Assembly: GCA_031272715.1 (NCBI GenBank)
Contig: JAISTH010000079.1
Location: forward strand, 2,805 to 66,804
Source: Desulfovibrio sp.
GTDB lineage: Bacteria; Desulfobacterota; Desulfovibrionia; Desulfovibrionales; Desulfovibrionaceae
Length of the DNA stretch: 64,000 nucleotides
Reading direction: 5' to 3'
The notes beneath the pieces were generated by a model that saw nothing but the letters and a program-made list of their open reading frames with translations, was not told the DNA's origin and did no database searches. Shown piece by piece: positions 27,230-42,897 of the stretch. How positions within the stretch are numbered: the first letter of the stretch is position 1; every line of letters starts with the position of its first letter. The position numbers and the translations under genes were made by a program.

Positions 27230-28917
27230 ATGTTTCTCAATCAACTTCTTCCTACGGGAACTGCAGATTTCACTGAAATTCGGGAGAAAGGCGCCCTTTA
27301 CATCGACAAAACAAAATACCTTGTTAACCTCATTGACTCAGGCAAGGCATACTTTCTTTCCCGCCCCCGGCGTTTCGGAAAGTCACTCACCGTCTCCACG
27401 CTTGAGTCCATGTTCAAAGGCAAAAATGAATTCTTTAAGGGCCTTGCTGCCGAGGAATGGTTCTCCCGTGAGAACTTCTCTCCGTTCCCTGTTATATCAC
27501 TAGATTTCATAGGCGTTACAGGTGAATTCGGCATAGAGCTTTTGCATGAAGGCTTCAGAATCCAACTGCAGTCTATTGCAGAATCTTATAATATTACACT
27601 GAAAGATAATCTTCCGCCATATATGTTTTACAAACTCGTTGACGCATTGTACTCTGCATTCGGTAAAAAAGTAGTCATCCTAGTAGATGAATATGATCAC
27701 CAAATAAATGATTTTATTGATGATCCAGTACGGGCGAATGAAATCCGTAAGACGATGCAAAATTTCTTGTCAGTAATAAAATGGCGTAATTCACGTATTG
27801 AATTCATTTTTGTAACCGGTATTACTAAATTTAGCAAGACAGGACTTTTTTCCGTGCTTAATAACTTGAATGATATATCGCTTGATGAAGATTATTCTGC
27901 AATTTGTGGTTGTACGCAAGAAGAACTTGATAAATACTTTACAAAATACGTTGAGGAACTCGCTGCTCAGACAGGGAAGAATGAGAGAGACGTCAAAAAT
28001 ACTATCGAACAACTCTACTATGGATTTTCATTCGACGGAAAGACATATGTATACAACCCAGACTCACTCGTTAATCTGTTTCTGAAAAGAAAATTCGACA
28101 ACTTTTGGTTCGAATCCGCAACGCCGACTTACATTGAAAAATTTCTCGCAAACAAGACGATAATTTGCAGTGATTATATCGACCATGAGGCCCCCGCTCT
28201 TCCATAAGGTCTCCCAAGGAAATTGAGGAAGTTGATATTGCAATCTTTCTATACCAATCTGGATATCTAACCTTACGCACAACGCACAAAAATGATATAT
28301 TTTCACTAGTCTATCCAAATGAGGAAGTTGGAAATTCAATGTTACGTCTCGCATCAAATAATCTATTCGCATCGTCAAAGAAAATTCGCAAAAGTCAGAA
28401 CTCTCTTGTTAGATGTTTTGAGAATGATGATATTTCTGGTTTTATCTGTAAATTCGGAGTTGTCCTTGCATTTGGTGGATATGATACATACGCATTGACA
28501 GCAATCAATCCAGCAAACTACGAGTGCTACATTCGCGATACCCTCGCTGCATTTCTTTGCGGTACCTACCAAATCAATGTATCAAAGGAAGTATTTGGTT
28601 CGCTTGGAAGAGCTGATATTGTCGCAAAGCTCAACACTATAGATTTGGCAAAGGTCTATGTCTTTGAGCTAAAAATGCTTAAAGAAAAATCTACACCAGA
28701 AGACACACTTTTAGAAGCAAAGGAGCAAATACTTACACGTAAGTACGTAGAACAGCACTTCTTTACAACTGATATAGTCACAGCTGTTTCCATCGTCTTG
28801 GATAAAGAAACACGAAACATTGTGCTTTATGATGTAATGCAATTAGAAAAAAAGCAGATGCTCGCAAGCGAGAAATTCATAGATGTATCTGACATAGATG
28901 ATATAAAAACCATCTGA
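27230..28917 (+). pseudogene. AAA-ATPase-like + PD-(D/E)XK nuclease-domain protein, split by a 1-nt frameshift at ~28191-28195 (or a sequencing error)
   Basis: N-half has YIDKT, SRPRRFGKS, VDEYD, TGIT and YNP..FW. The C-half continues in another frame (FLYQSGYLT, YPNEEV, GRADI..VFELK, QI..RKY). Adding one C to the C5 run restores one ORF. Confidence 0.8.
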
Positions 28918-29331
28918 CGGCCCTGCACTGGCATTATACGCAACATCTTTGAAAAATGCGTATATAAATGCAAGGACCCATGAAAGTACTATTTAAATAT
29001 AAAAAGTGGGTAAGGTCTCTCGGGATGTTTAGGCCTTGAGAAAGAGTTTTCTGCGACACATGTTGAAAAATACTAGGGCCATCTTGGATCTTGAGTCCGA
29101 GACGATGTCGGCTTTCAGGGTCAACGCCTATCGTCCAGTCCTGACCACTGAGACGGCAATAATTTTTGGGCTTTCAAATCCGTTGCTGGTGCTGTGATGT
29201 GCAAGAGAATGTCATGACTGAATATCACGAAGTGCAGCAACGCAAACACAATATCTCCGGCCACTCTGTCGATCTGGGGCCCGATATGGCGATACTCGGC
29301 GCCATGCCTTTTGCATAGAGGAAAACTGACA

Positions 29332-30681
29332 ATGCTTATTAATTTTACAGTTGAAAACTGGATGTCTTTCCGAGACTCCGCGACTCTATCAATGGTTGCC
29401 AGTGAAGAAAAGCAACATGGGCATAGAGTCCCTACTCTTAATGCATATAACTTATCTGTACTTCCGATTGGAGTCATTTATGGCGGCAATGCTTCAGGCA
29501 AGACAAATCTACTCAAAGCTTTAAATTTTGCAAAAAAATTAATTGTAAAAGGGTCAGATGATGATGGCAGGATTCCAACCATACCATTCATGACAAATAG
29601 CACGAGCTGCAATTTGCCAACTCGCTTTCACTTTGAACTTTTAATAGATGATGCTGTTTATGAATACAGCTTCTCCGTAACTAATTCTGCTGTTATAGAA
29701 GAAAAGCTTATCATTGATACGGGTGATGGTGGCAGTGACGATGGACAAGTGCTATTCAACCGTCAGGACAATACCATTGACATCTTCGATATTGGAAAAG
29801 ACACTGAAGAGTATCACTATCTTAAAACACTCGCTAAGCTTACTCGTAGTAACCAGCTTTTTTTAACTAGTGTATGCATTCAGAACATTACAATATTGCG
29901 ACCAATTTATAACTGGTTTTTAGATAAACTCACACTAGTCGCACCGGATGCAAGGTTTGGGCCTTTCAAGATTTTCTTCGACGAAGGACATCCCTTCTAT
30001 AAAAAAATAAATGAAATGCTATCATGTCTTGATGTTGGGGTAACTCGTATCGGTGTAGAGGAGATACCATTCGAAAGTATTCCTCGACAAGTAATTAAGA
30101 ATCAGTTAGAAACATATCTCAATGAAGGGCAATCGACGATATTTATGGACGTGCTGTCGAATATGCATTACATCGTAACCCGTAAAGGATACGAACTTAT
30201 CGCAAAAAAATTATTCACATATCACCAGCGATGCGATGGCAATGAAGAAAAATTTGACATGTGCCTTGAGTCTGATGGCTTGCGTCGTGTGATTGAATTA
30301 TTGCCATCTTTTCTAGATCTATCTCACAATAGCTCTCAAAAGATTTATGTTATAGATGACGCCGACCTAGGCCTTCATACGCTAATCACCCACAGTTTAC
30401 TTGATGCATATCTCAATACCTGCTCTGCATCAAGTAGGTCACAGCTACTTCTAACAACGCATGACGCACTTCTCATTGATAATGATTTATTACGTTGCGA
30501 TGAGATGTGGTTTGTAGAACGAAATTTTGATGGGCCTAGTCACTTAATGTCTATATGCCAATATATAGATGTCACGGATGACAAAGATATCGTAAAACGC
30601 CATCTACGGGGGAAAATGGGCGGAATTCCAAAAACACAATTCTTGCCAAATTTTTTCTGCAATTTAGATTCGCCTTTCTAG
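29332..30681 (+). CDS. AAA_21 / AbiEii-like (RloA-type) ATPase
   Basis: MLINFTVENWMSFRD start, Walker A GGNASGKTN, ESDG signature, VIDD.D..LH, TTHD, DEMWFVE and C-terminal GKMGGIP. Confidence 0.85.
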   Translation: MLINFTVENWMSFRDSATLSMVASEEKQHGHRVPTLNAYNLSVLPIGVIYGGNASGKTNLLKALNFAKKLIVKGSDDDGRIPTIPFMTNSTSCNLPTRFHFELLIDDAVYEYSFSVTNSAVIEEKLIIDTGDGGSDDGQVLFNRQDNTIDIFDIGKDTEEYHYLKTLAKLTRSNQLFLTSVCIQNITILRPIYNWFLDKLTLVAPDARFGPFKIFFDEGHPFYKKINEMLSCLDVGVTRIGVEEIPFESIPRQVIKNQLETYLNEGQSTIFMDVLSNMHYIVTRKGYELIAKKLFTYHQRCDGNEEKFDMCLESDGLRRVIELLPSFLDLSHNSSQKIYVIDDADLGLHTLITHSLLDAYLNTCSASSRSQLLLTTHDALLIDNDLLRCDEMWFVERNFDGPSHLMSICQYIDVTDDKDIVKRHLRGKMGGIPKTQFLPNFFCNLDSPF

Positions 30682-31342
30682 TCGACATTGCTCATAACCC
30701 CATCAGAACTTAAATTTTTTTTAATATCTCAGCATGATTTTTGTGGAAAAAATTACTTTGTTCTTTCTGTCATAGAATAGAGACAATATATTGACATTAT
30801 TGTAAAGAAAAATAGACATTTCTGCTAATAAATTGACATATAATTCATGCCGTCAGAGTCACTGCAGATACCTGCAAGATGCTCCATGTGAAATGCCCTC
30901 AGCCTGTGTCGTCTCATTTGCGCCATCCTCCGTCCCGCCCCAGATTCCCCGCAAATTCCCGCCACGTCACGATCGCCAGATTCCGGACGGCAACCGTCCA
31001 CCGTCAAACGGGACGCCCCCATGGACGACTCGCACCGCTGAACGTCCCGCACCGCCTTGCCGGAATCACGCCCCCAGGCAACCGGATCGGCAGACTCCCC
31101 GCGCCGTCTCCAGCAAGATGTGCCCCCATCCTTGCATACCCGGCAATCTCTGCTATGCTGAACGCAGGGAACGCGTCCGGAACAAACCCCTCCGCGGCAC
31201 GCTCCCGACGCCCCCGATGTGGGGGACCCCCGGCCCCGCGCAATGCGCCGCCGGGAATCCGCCTTGGATCCCAACACCAGGAAAAACACCGGAGGCCGCG
31301 CTTCCACCCCGCAACACGGGGCAAACGCGCTGACAAGGACCG

Positions 31343-32263
31343 ATGCGCATACACACCGTCTTCCTCGGACTGCTGATCCTCTTCGCCGCACTGACCCTCA
31401 TCCTTCCCGACACCGCCGATGCCGCCAGAATGGGCGGCGGGAAATCCTTCGGCGGCAAGCCCTTCATGAGCACCCCGGCCGCCCCGCCAAGCTCGGCCTC
31501 GCGCCAGCCCCAGGCCAACACCCGGTCAGCACAGCCCGGACAGGCCGCAGCGGCGCCGCGAACCGGCATGTTCGGCGGCATGGGAGGCATCTTCGGCGGC
31601 CTGCTGGCGGGCACGCTGATCGGTTCCCTCCTTTCCGGCAACGGCTTCGGCGGCGGCGGGTTCCTGGACATCATCATCTTCGGCCTGCTGATCTATCTCG
31701 CCCTCAAGCTCTTCGGCCGCATGCGGCAGCGCGCGGTCGACCAGCAATCCGCCTACGCTCCGCCGTCCTACGACCAGGCGCCTCCCACCTTCGACCAGAC
31801 GTCCCGGCCCATGTACCGCGAGTCCGCCTCCGGCTGGGACAGATTGCGGAGCGACGGCGGGGTATCCACCCCATCGGGGCCGCAACCCAACATCCCCGCC
31901 GGCTTCGACACGGAGGAGTTCCTCCGGGGCGCCAAGATGGCCTACACCCGTCTGCAGAACTCCTGGGACAACCGGGACATGGCCGACATCGAGGAATTCG
32001 CCACCCCGGCCGTGATGGAAGTCCTCAAGGAGCAGCTGGCGGAATCCCCCGAGCCCTCCAGGACGGAGCTCATCCTGGTCAACGCCCAGCTTCTCGGGGT
32101 CGAGACGGACGGCGACAGCCAGCGCGCCGAGGTCTACTTCGACGTGCTCATGCGCGAGGATCCCCGGCAGCAGACGCCTTCCAGCGTCCGGGAGATATGG
32201 CATTTCGTGCAGCCACTGTCGGGCGGCCACTGGAGGCTGGACGGCATCCAGCAAGTGAGCTGA
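31343..32263 (+). CDS. Tim44-like domain membrane protein
   Basis: ADAARMGGGKSFG, GGLLAG..G, FD.EEFL.GAK..Y.RLQ.SWD and EIWHF...W.LDGIQQ. Confidence 0.88.
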   Translation: MRIHTVFLGLLILFAALTLILPDTADAARMGGGKSFGGKPFMSTPAAPPSSASRQPQANTRSAQPGQAAAAPRTGMFGGMGGIFGGLLAGTLIGSLLSGNGFGGGGFLDIIIFGLLIYLALKLFGRMRQRAVDQQSAYAPPSYDQAPPTFDQTSRPMYRESASGWDRLRSDGGVSTPSGPQPNIPAGFDTEEFLRGAKMAYTRLQNSWDNRDMADIEEFATPAVMEVLKEQLAESPEPSRTELILVNAQLLGVETDGDSQRAEVYFDVLMREDPRQQTPSSVREIWHFVQPLSGGHWRLDGIQQVS

Positions 32264-32546
32264 CGCCCCTCCCCCGATGTCCCAGGCTCCCGGCTCCGGC
32301 CGGCGGGCCTCCTCCCCTTCCCGTCCTCCGTCGGGACGGACGCCTGACGAACGCCCGCGAGAGCCTCGTCAGGCGCGCGAAGGGGAAGCGGATGCGGACC
32401 GGGTCGCCTGCGGCGCAGGCGGCATCGGTTGCCACGTTCACGACCAAAAGCGCCACGACGCCGCAACCAACGCGCATCGTGACGCCCCAAGCCAGGAACG
32501 GCGGACGCGACGGAAGACGTCCGCGCAACTCCACAACACCATCGGC

Positions 32547-32942
32547 ATGAAGAACTACGTTTCCGATCACGACAAGCTTGTGCGCCTCATGGGGATGACC
32601 ATCGAATCCGTCACCACGGAGTCCGCGAGGGTCACCATGCCCCTGCTGGAGCAGCACAGGAACGGCATGGGCATGGCCCACGGCGGCACGATCTTTTCCC
32701 TGGCGGACGTCGCCTTCGGGGCGGCGGCCAACGCCGAGACCAGCACCGCCGTCGTCAGCCTGAACACCACCATCCAGTACCTGCGGGCCGGGCAGTCCTC
32801 ACCCCTCGTCGCCGTGTCCCACCTCATCCGGGGCGGCAGCCACATCGTCACCTACGACGTGGAAGTCTTCGACGGTTCCGGGGCCCTCATCGCGAAGTGC
32901 CTCTGCACGGGCTACCACACGAACTTCCCCCTGCCCGGGTGA
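32547..32942 (+). CDS. PaaI-family thioesterase (hotdog fold)
   Basis: N..GMAHGGTIFSLADVAFG. Confidence 0.88.
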   Translation: MKNYVSDHDKLVRLMGMTIESVTTESARVTMPLLEQHRNGMGMAHGGTIFSLADVAFGAAANAETSTAVVSLNTTIQYLRAGQSSPLVAVSHLIRGGSHIVTYDVEVFDGSGALIAKCLCTGYHTNFPLPG

Positions 32943-33191
32943 CGCCGGGCGGCGAACGGCCCACCCCACCCCTTCGCGGGAGCGGTCCGCCATGCCCCGG
33001 CGGATCGCTCCCCAAGGCCGCAAAATCACGCCCCCGGCCCTTCCGGGACGGCGGTCGACCTTTTTTTTCAAAAAATCGCTCCGGGACTCTGGACGAATCG
33101 AAAAGCGGACTTACCTTAATGTCCGCAGGGCTCCGCCGCACACGCTGCGGCCTTGCCTTCACAAAAGACCACTCCCGGGAGGATTCATCAT

Positions 33192-35114
<1,923 letters not shown>

Positions 35115-35159
35115 CGACGACCGCGCCGTGGCTTGCCACGGCGCGCCCATTGCACTATG

Positions 35160-35192
35160 AGGAAGATCCGGCCCTGCCGGATCTTCCTTTTT
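35160..35192 (+). terminator. Intrinsic terminator downstream of dnaK
   Basis: AGGAAGATCCGG-CCCTG-CCGGATCTTCCT-TTTT. Confidence 0.8.
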
Positions 35193-35203
35193 GGAGTCCG
35201 CCC

Positions 35204-36556
35204 ATGCAACGTCCCCCCCTCGCTCGAACACTGCCGGCGATCCTCTCCCTCGCCCTGCTCTTCATGCAGGGTTGCGCCCTCATGGCTCCGCCGCAGAAGG
35301 AAAAGGCCCCAGTGGCGCAAGCGCCCTCCGCCCCCTGCATCGTCCTCGCCCTGCCCACCACCGGCCCTTACGGAGCCATCACGGGGAGGATCCGCCGAGG
35401 GGCCGAGAAGGCGACCAAGGATCTCGCGGCGAAGAACGTCGCAACCCAGGTCGAGTTCATCAATTCGGCGGCGCCCGACTGGACGGGACTCCTCGCGGCG
35501 CTCCCGCCCCAGTGCCAGGTCGTGGGCACTCCGCTGCAGCCCAAGGACTACGCTCAAGTGAAGAAGGCCGGACTCCTCCAGCAGCGCACGTTCTTCATCT
35601 TCCTTCCGGATCTGGAGCAGGGGGACGAAGGGGCGCTGGCATGGCGGTTCTTCCCCGGTCTCCAGGACCAGATCGACGCCCTCATCGCCTTCGCCGGCGA
35701 CTCCCTCGGCATCAACACCTTCGGCGCCTTCGCCCCCTCGGATCCCTACGGCACGCTCATGACGGCGCTGTTCGAGCAGTCCTTGGCACGCCGGAACACG
35801 ACGCTGCAGAAGGCCTTCTACAACCCCGCCGATTCCACCACATGGAGCACGGCCGTCACCCCCCTCATCAATCCCACCGTGCCCGAGAGCGGCAAGACCG
35901 TCGTCCCCAGGACGGCCTTCGAGGCCCTCTTCCTGCCGGACTCCTGGAAGAGCATGGACACGATCGTCACGAGCCTGCTCTACAACGGCGAGGACCGGCT
36001 GGTGCTCCTCGGCACCGCGCTCTGGGAGCAGGGGCTGGCCGGCAAGGTCCTCCCCAGCACGGAGAAGTTCGCCCTCGCGGTCTACCCCGTCGCATGGAAC
36101 CCCCAGACCGGGACCGCGAGACTCCCCGGGGGCGATTTCTGGACGGCCCTCGGATACGACTTCATCGTCTTCGCCCGGGAGATGGGCCTGTCCTCCCGCC
36201 TCGCGGCAGCGGACGTCACCCGGGCGGCCCAGCGGGCGGCCCCGAAGATCGCCGGCATCGCCCCCATCACCTGGGACGACGGCGGCAAGGGCCACCAGAA
36301 GATGTACATCTTCCGCATCGCCCCCACCGGGCCCGCCCCCGTGGACCCGACGGCGTTCAAGCAGACCCGCGAGGCCATCATCAAGCGGGCCACCCTGCGC
36401 ATCCAGGGACTGCCTCCGGTGGACAGCGAAGGGAACCCCCTGACGCCAGACCCTCTCGGCCAGACGTCCCCCGGCACGATCACCCACACCGACGGCGCCA
36501 TCATGCACCAGGCGCCGCGTCCGTCCTACAAGCTGCGCCTGCCCGCCGGCAGATGA
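35204..36556 (+). CDS. Lipoprotein, periplasmic-binding-protein / LpoA-like
   Basis: Lipobox-like LFMQGC; LALP.TG.Y, ALFLPDS, LLGT.LW and ALGYD resemble the LpoA C-terminal PBP1 fold. Confidence 0.65.
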   Translation: MQRPPLARTLPAILSLALLFMQGCALMAPPQKEKAPVAQAPSAPCIVLALPTTGPYGAITGRIRRGAEKATKDLAAKNVATQVEFINSAAPDWTGLLAALPPQCQVVGTPLQPKDYAQVKKAGLLQQRTFFIFLPDLEQGDEGALAWRFFPGLQDQIDALIAFAGDSLGINTFGAFAPSDPYGTLMTALFEQSLARRNTTLQKAFYNPADSTTWSTAVTPLINPTVPESGKTVVPRTAFEALFLPDSWKSMDTIVTSLLYNGEDRLVLLGTALWEQGLAGKVLPSTEKFALAVYPVAWNPQTGTARLPGGDFWTALGYDFIVFAREMGLSSRLAAADVTRAAQRAAPKIAGIAPITWDDGGKGHQKMYIFRIAPTGPAPVDPTAFKQTREAIIKRATLRIQGLPPVDSEGNPLTPDPLGQTSPGTITHTDGAIMHQAPRPSYKLRLPAGR

Positions 36557-36606
36557 CGACGCCCCAGGGACACCCGAAGGCCGCCACACCCACGACAGAG
36601 GTCGCG

Positions 36607-36924
36607 ATGCCCACAGATGCCGCCCCAAGCGGAGCCTCCAGAACCATCACCCAGGACGACGTCGCCCGCATGGCGAACCTCGCCCGCCTCTCCCTCGACG
36701 ACAAGGAGCGGGAACTCTTCGCCGGCCAGTTCCAGGACATCCTGGGATACATGGACGTGCTGGGCAAGGTGGACACCCAAGGGGTGGAACCGCTGTACAG
36801 CCCCGCCCTCCACAAGGAACAGGGCAGGCAGGACGAACCCGCACGGCTCCGCTCCCGCGACGAGGTCCTCGCCAATGCGCCCCAGCAGGACGACGGTTCC
36901 TTCGTGGTGCCCCGCATCGTCTGA
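36607..36924 (+). CDS. gatC: Asp/Glu-tRNA amidotransferase subunit C
   Basis: V..MANLARL...IL.Y...L..VDT.GVEPL...NAP....FVVPRIV; upstream of gatA. Alternative start 36553. Confidence 0.92.
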   Translation: MPTDAAPSGASRTITQDDVARMANLARLSLDDKERELFAGQFQDILGYMDVLGKVDTQGVEPLYSPALHKEQGRQDEPARLRSRDEVLANAPQQDDGSFVVPRIV

Positions 36925-36984
36925 TCCGCCCCCGCCCGCGCGACGCGCGGCGCCCACTCTTTTCCAAGGACGCTCGTCACGGAC

Positions 36985-38454
<1,470 letters not shown>

Positions 38455-38506
38455 CCCTCCCTCCCCTGCGGGAGCGAAGGCCGGGGCCGGACCGCCGGGG
38501 ACCCGA

Positions 38507-39400
38507 TCAGTTGAGGATGTAGCGCATGGGGTTCACGGGCACGCCGTTGCGGCGCACCTCGTAGTGCAGGTGCGGACCCGTGGTGCGGCCGGTCATGCCT
38601 ATGTAGCCGATCACCTCGCCCCGCTTGACCCACTGGCCCGGCTTGACCACGTATCGCTGCAGGTGGGCGTACTTGGTGACGATGCCTCCGCCGTGGTTGA
38701 TCTCCACGCTGTTGCCGTAGGCCCCGTCCGGCCCCGTGAAGGAGACGTTCCCCTGGGCCGTGCTCACCACGGGAGTCCCGATCCTGTTGCTGATGTCCAG
38801 CCCCTTGTGGAAGTCCATCGCCCTCCTGCTGAAGGGGGAGGACCTGCGGCCGAAGGTCGAGGACACGAAGCCCACGGCGGGCCATATCGTGGGCATGGAG
38901 GCGAGGACGGACCGATTCTCCCGCAGGACGCGCATGATGTCCTGCTGGGAGACCTCCTCGAGACGGACGGACTCCCCGAGGCGCGTCAGGAACTCGTGGA
39001 GCTTGCGGGCGGCGAGCTCCTGCCTGTGGAGGGGCAGGTAGGTGCTGAAGAAGTCGTCCCCTTCGCTCCCCACTTCCACGGGTTCCTTGTCCATGTTCAT
39101 CATGATGCGGAGCTTCCCGTCGAAGCGCTGCAGCCGCTGCAGGTCGGCGCTGACCTCGCCGATCTTGCCGGTGAGATTCACGAGCTGCCGCCGCTGGTCG
39201 TCGATGAGCCTCTCGGCGTTCTTCAGGTTCTCCCGTATCGTCAGGGACTCCAGCCACTGCCTGGCCAGCCAGACGTTGCAGACGACGATGGCCGTCACGA
39301 GGATGAAGGCGATGATGCCGAACCACCCGCGCAGGCGGAGGTTGCGGCTGCCGCTGCGGCCCTCCTTGAAGATGACGATGTGGTATTTTCCTAGCAGCAT
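38507..39400 (-). CDS. M23 family metallopeptidase
   Basis: N-terminal TM and coiled coil; HKGLD, YAHL and TGPHLHYEV. Confidence 0.92.
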   Translation of the reverse strand: MLLGKYHIVIFKEGRSGSRNLRLRGWFGIIAFILVTAIVVCNVWLARQWLESLTIRENLKNAERLIDDQRRQLVNLTGKIGEVSADLQRLQRFDGKLRIMMNMDKEPVEVGSEGDDFFSTYLPLHRQELAARKLHEFLTRLGESVRLEEVSQQDIMRVLRENRSVLASMPTIWPAVGFVSSTFGRRSSPFSRRAMDFHKGLDISNRIGTPVVSTAQGNVSFTGPDGAYGNSVEINHGGGIVTKYAHLQRYVVKPGQWVKRGEVIGYIGMTGRTTGPHLHYEVRRNGVPVNPMRYILN

Positions 39401-39926
39401 GGGCGGTCCAGAAAATGCGAACTTCCGCGGCTCCCGATCACCACGGGATCATGGCGGAAGGAGCGCCCGCCGTCGGCGGGCACAAGGACTGTCGTTCGAT
39501 CGCCGGCCTCGAGGCCAGTGGGTGCGCGGCCATCCCGAAAATTCCCCGGAAAGCCCTCCGGGCGTCGGGAAGCGCCGCCTTCCCGACCTCCATCCCCTTC
39601 CCGACCGCGATTCCCTTCCCGACACGATGGCCATCCCCGGGGAACGATGCCCGAGTCCGGCCGTGGCGTTCCGGCGGCCGGCCGAGTCGGAAGGATGCGC
39701 CCCGCTCCTTCGTCAGCAGGTCAGACGGGGACGTCGGAAGGCACGGACAGGAGAGCGGCCCCGGGGACACGACTCCGGATCCAGGCCGCGATGCCCTGGC
39801 CGACAGGCGGCAACGGACCTGCATACGCCAAAACAGCCAGAGCATCAAGCCGGTGGCCGACTGCAGGAAAACGCGGTCGACACGGTCTTCCCAGGATCCC
39901 GGAAACGCGGGACGGGTGGCCGTCCT

Positions 39927-40760
39927 TCATGCCGGCCCATCGGGGAAGTCGTCGGCCGCCCCGTCGTCCCCCATCAGGGGCCCGGATCGCACGGTCCGGG
40001 CGCGCCCCTCCCAAGGCCCCCCGTCCCGGGACGCGGCGTCCATCTGCCACCGGATCAGGCCGTTGAAGATGCATTGCCTCGTGTCCTTCGCGATGCCATA
40101 GAAATTCCGGAGGGTCTCGGCCATGTCGCTGCGGGAGGTGTGTCCGGCGGAGGGGCAGGGATTGGAGAAGACGGGAAGGTTCCACTGCCGGGCGGCCGCC
40201 TTGATGTAGGTCTTCTCCACCGCGATGATCGGACGCACCACCACGATCTTCCCCGAAAAGAAGGGCTCGCAGGGATTCAGCCCCTGCACGCGCCCGCCCC
40301 GGCAAAGATTCATGAAAAAGGTCTCCACGAGATCGTCGGCGTTGTGGCCGAAGGCGACGTGGGTGAGCCCGTACTCGGCGCAGAGCTCGAAAAGCCGCTT
40401 GCGGCGCTTCATGGCGCACAGGAAGCACGCCGAGCGGCGGCGGTTCTCGGGGGAGTGGGCCACGGGGCCGTAGTCCGTGACCTCGAGATGCCCCGGGATC
40501 CCCTCCTTGGCGAGCCACTCCACAAGAGGCGCGTGGTTGTCCGGCGCGAAGCCGGGGTTGAGATGGATGGCCATGATCTCGATGGGGAACGGCAGGATCG
40601 TCTGGCGGATCTGCAGGCACTTGAGCAGGACGAAGCTGTCGACGCCCCCCGAGGCGGCCACGCCGATGCGGCATCCGGGCCAGATGGCGCCCGTCCTGTG
40701 GAGCACCTTGCCCACGCTCCTGACGCAGGTCTCCTGGGCGAAGGACCGTTTGCGGCTCAT
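39927..40760 (-). CDS. ttcA: TtcA-family tRNA thiolation PP-loop protein
   Basis: SGGVDS PP-loop, CFLC...R, GHNADD..ET, RP and NPCP. Confidence 0.8.
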   Translation of the reverse strand: MSRKRSFAQETCVRSVGKVLHRTGAIWPGCRIGVAASGGVDSFVLLKCLQIRQTILPFPIEIMAIHLNPGFAPDNHAPLVEWLAKEGIPGHLEVTDYGPVAHSPENRRRSACFLCAMKRRKRLFELCAEYGLTHVAFGHNADDLVETFFMNLCRGGRVQGLNPCEPFFSGKIVVVRPIIAVEKTYIKAAARQWNLPVFSNPCPSAGHTSRSDMAETLRNFYGIAKDTRQCIFNGLIRWQMDAASRDGGPWEGRARTVRSGPLMGDDGAADDFPDGPA

Positions 40761-40995
40761 GGGGCACCTTCGGGTTGCGCTGTTGCGGGGAGGAAGGCCA
40801 AGGGACGCGACGGGGGGGAATCCGCAGGACTCGGCGATCCGTCCCGGCCGGGCCGGACCTGGCCGGAACGTGCGTCCCGCACCCGCCCCGGAAATACACC
40901 AAGGGGATTGCCGCGGCAACCGCATGTCCCATCTCCCGCGTCCGCCCATCGGAACCTGGTGAAGACGGACGGCCCGTCCGACTGGGACTCGATGC

Positions 40996-41024
40996 TTGAC
41001 AACCTCCTCCTCAATCGTTAAATT
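40996..41024 (+). promoter_or_regulatory. sigma70 promoter for rpoZ-dnaJ
   Basis: TTGACA-17 bp-TAAATT. Confidence 0.7.
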
Positions 41025-41131
41025 GAAAGGTTGGCCTCGGTTGCCCGGCTGTGGACGTCTGGCCGGCAGACCCCTTAAAGCACAAAAATCCGCAGGACCC
41101 CCTTCACAAACCCGCGATCGGCATTAACTAA

Positions 41132-42616
<1,485 letters not shown>

Positions 42617-42692
42617 GGGAATTTCGGCCGGGACGGACATCCGCCGCGATCTTTCTTCCCCGGGGCGACGGTTCGCCGAAGACACTTGCAGC

Positions 42693-42727
42693 GAAAGCCC
42701 CCGCATGGCAGCCATGCGGGGGCTTTC
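42693..42727. terminator. Strong hairpin / probable terminator after dnaJ
   Basis: GAAAGCCCCCGCATGGC-A-GCCATGCGGGGGCTTTC, a perfect 17-bp inverted repeat. Confidence 0.7.
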
Positions 42728-42897
42728 CGCCATGAAGGGCATGGAGGCGATTCCCCGATCGCGACGCGGGATGGGACATCTGCATACCCGGTCCGCCATC
42801 GCGCCGCCGGACAAGGCTTGACAGGCGGTCGCCCTGAAGGCACAGGCATTGCCGCCGACATCGGCCAATCCTTCAGATCCCGGAGAGCCACACCCAA

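Larger units (their letters stand above)
27230..30845. other. AT-rich island (roughly 35-40% GC by eye versus roughly 68-70% flanks)
   Basis: Sharp compositional shift; carries two ATPase genes; no integrase, transposase or terminal repeats seen. Confidence 0.85.

Noticed and set aside
27230-30845. Prophage, IS or integrative element
   Set aside because: No integrase, transposase, terminal repeats or adjacent tRNA found.
32943-33191. CIRCE/HrcA operator or clear sigma32 promoter upstream of dnaK
   Set aside because: No TTAGCACTC-N9-GAGTGCTAA-like dyad and no convincing sigma32 -10 element.
39401-39926. Small gene or ncRNA in the 525-bp gap between the M23 peptidase and ttcA
   Set aside because: Only low-complexity ORFs without RBS or codon bias; no recognisable RNA structure family.
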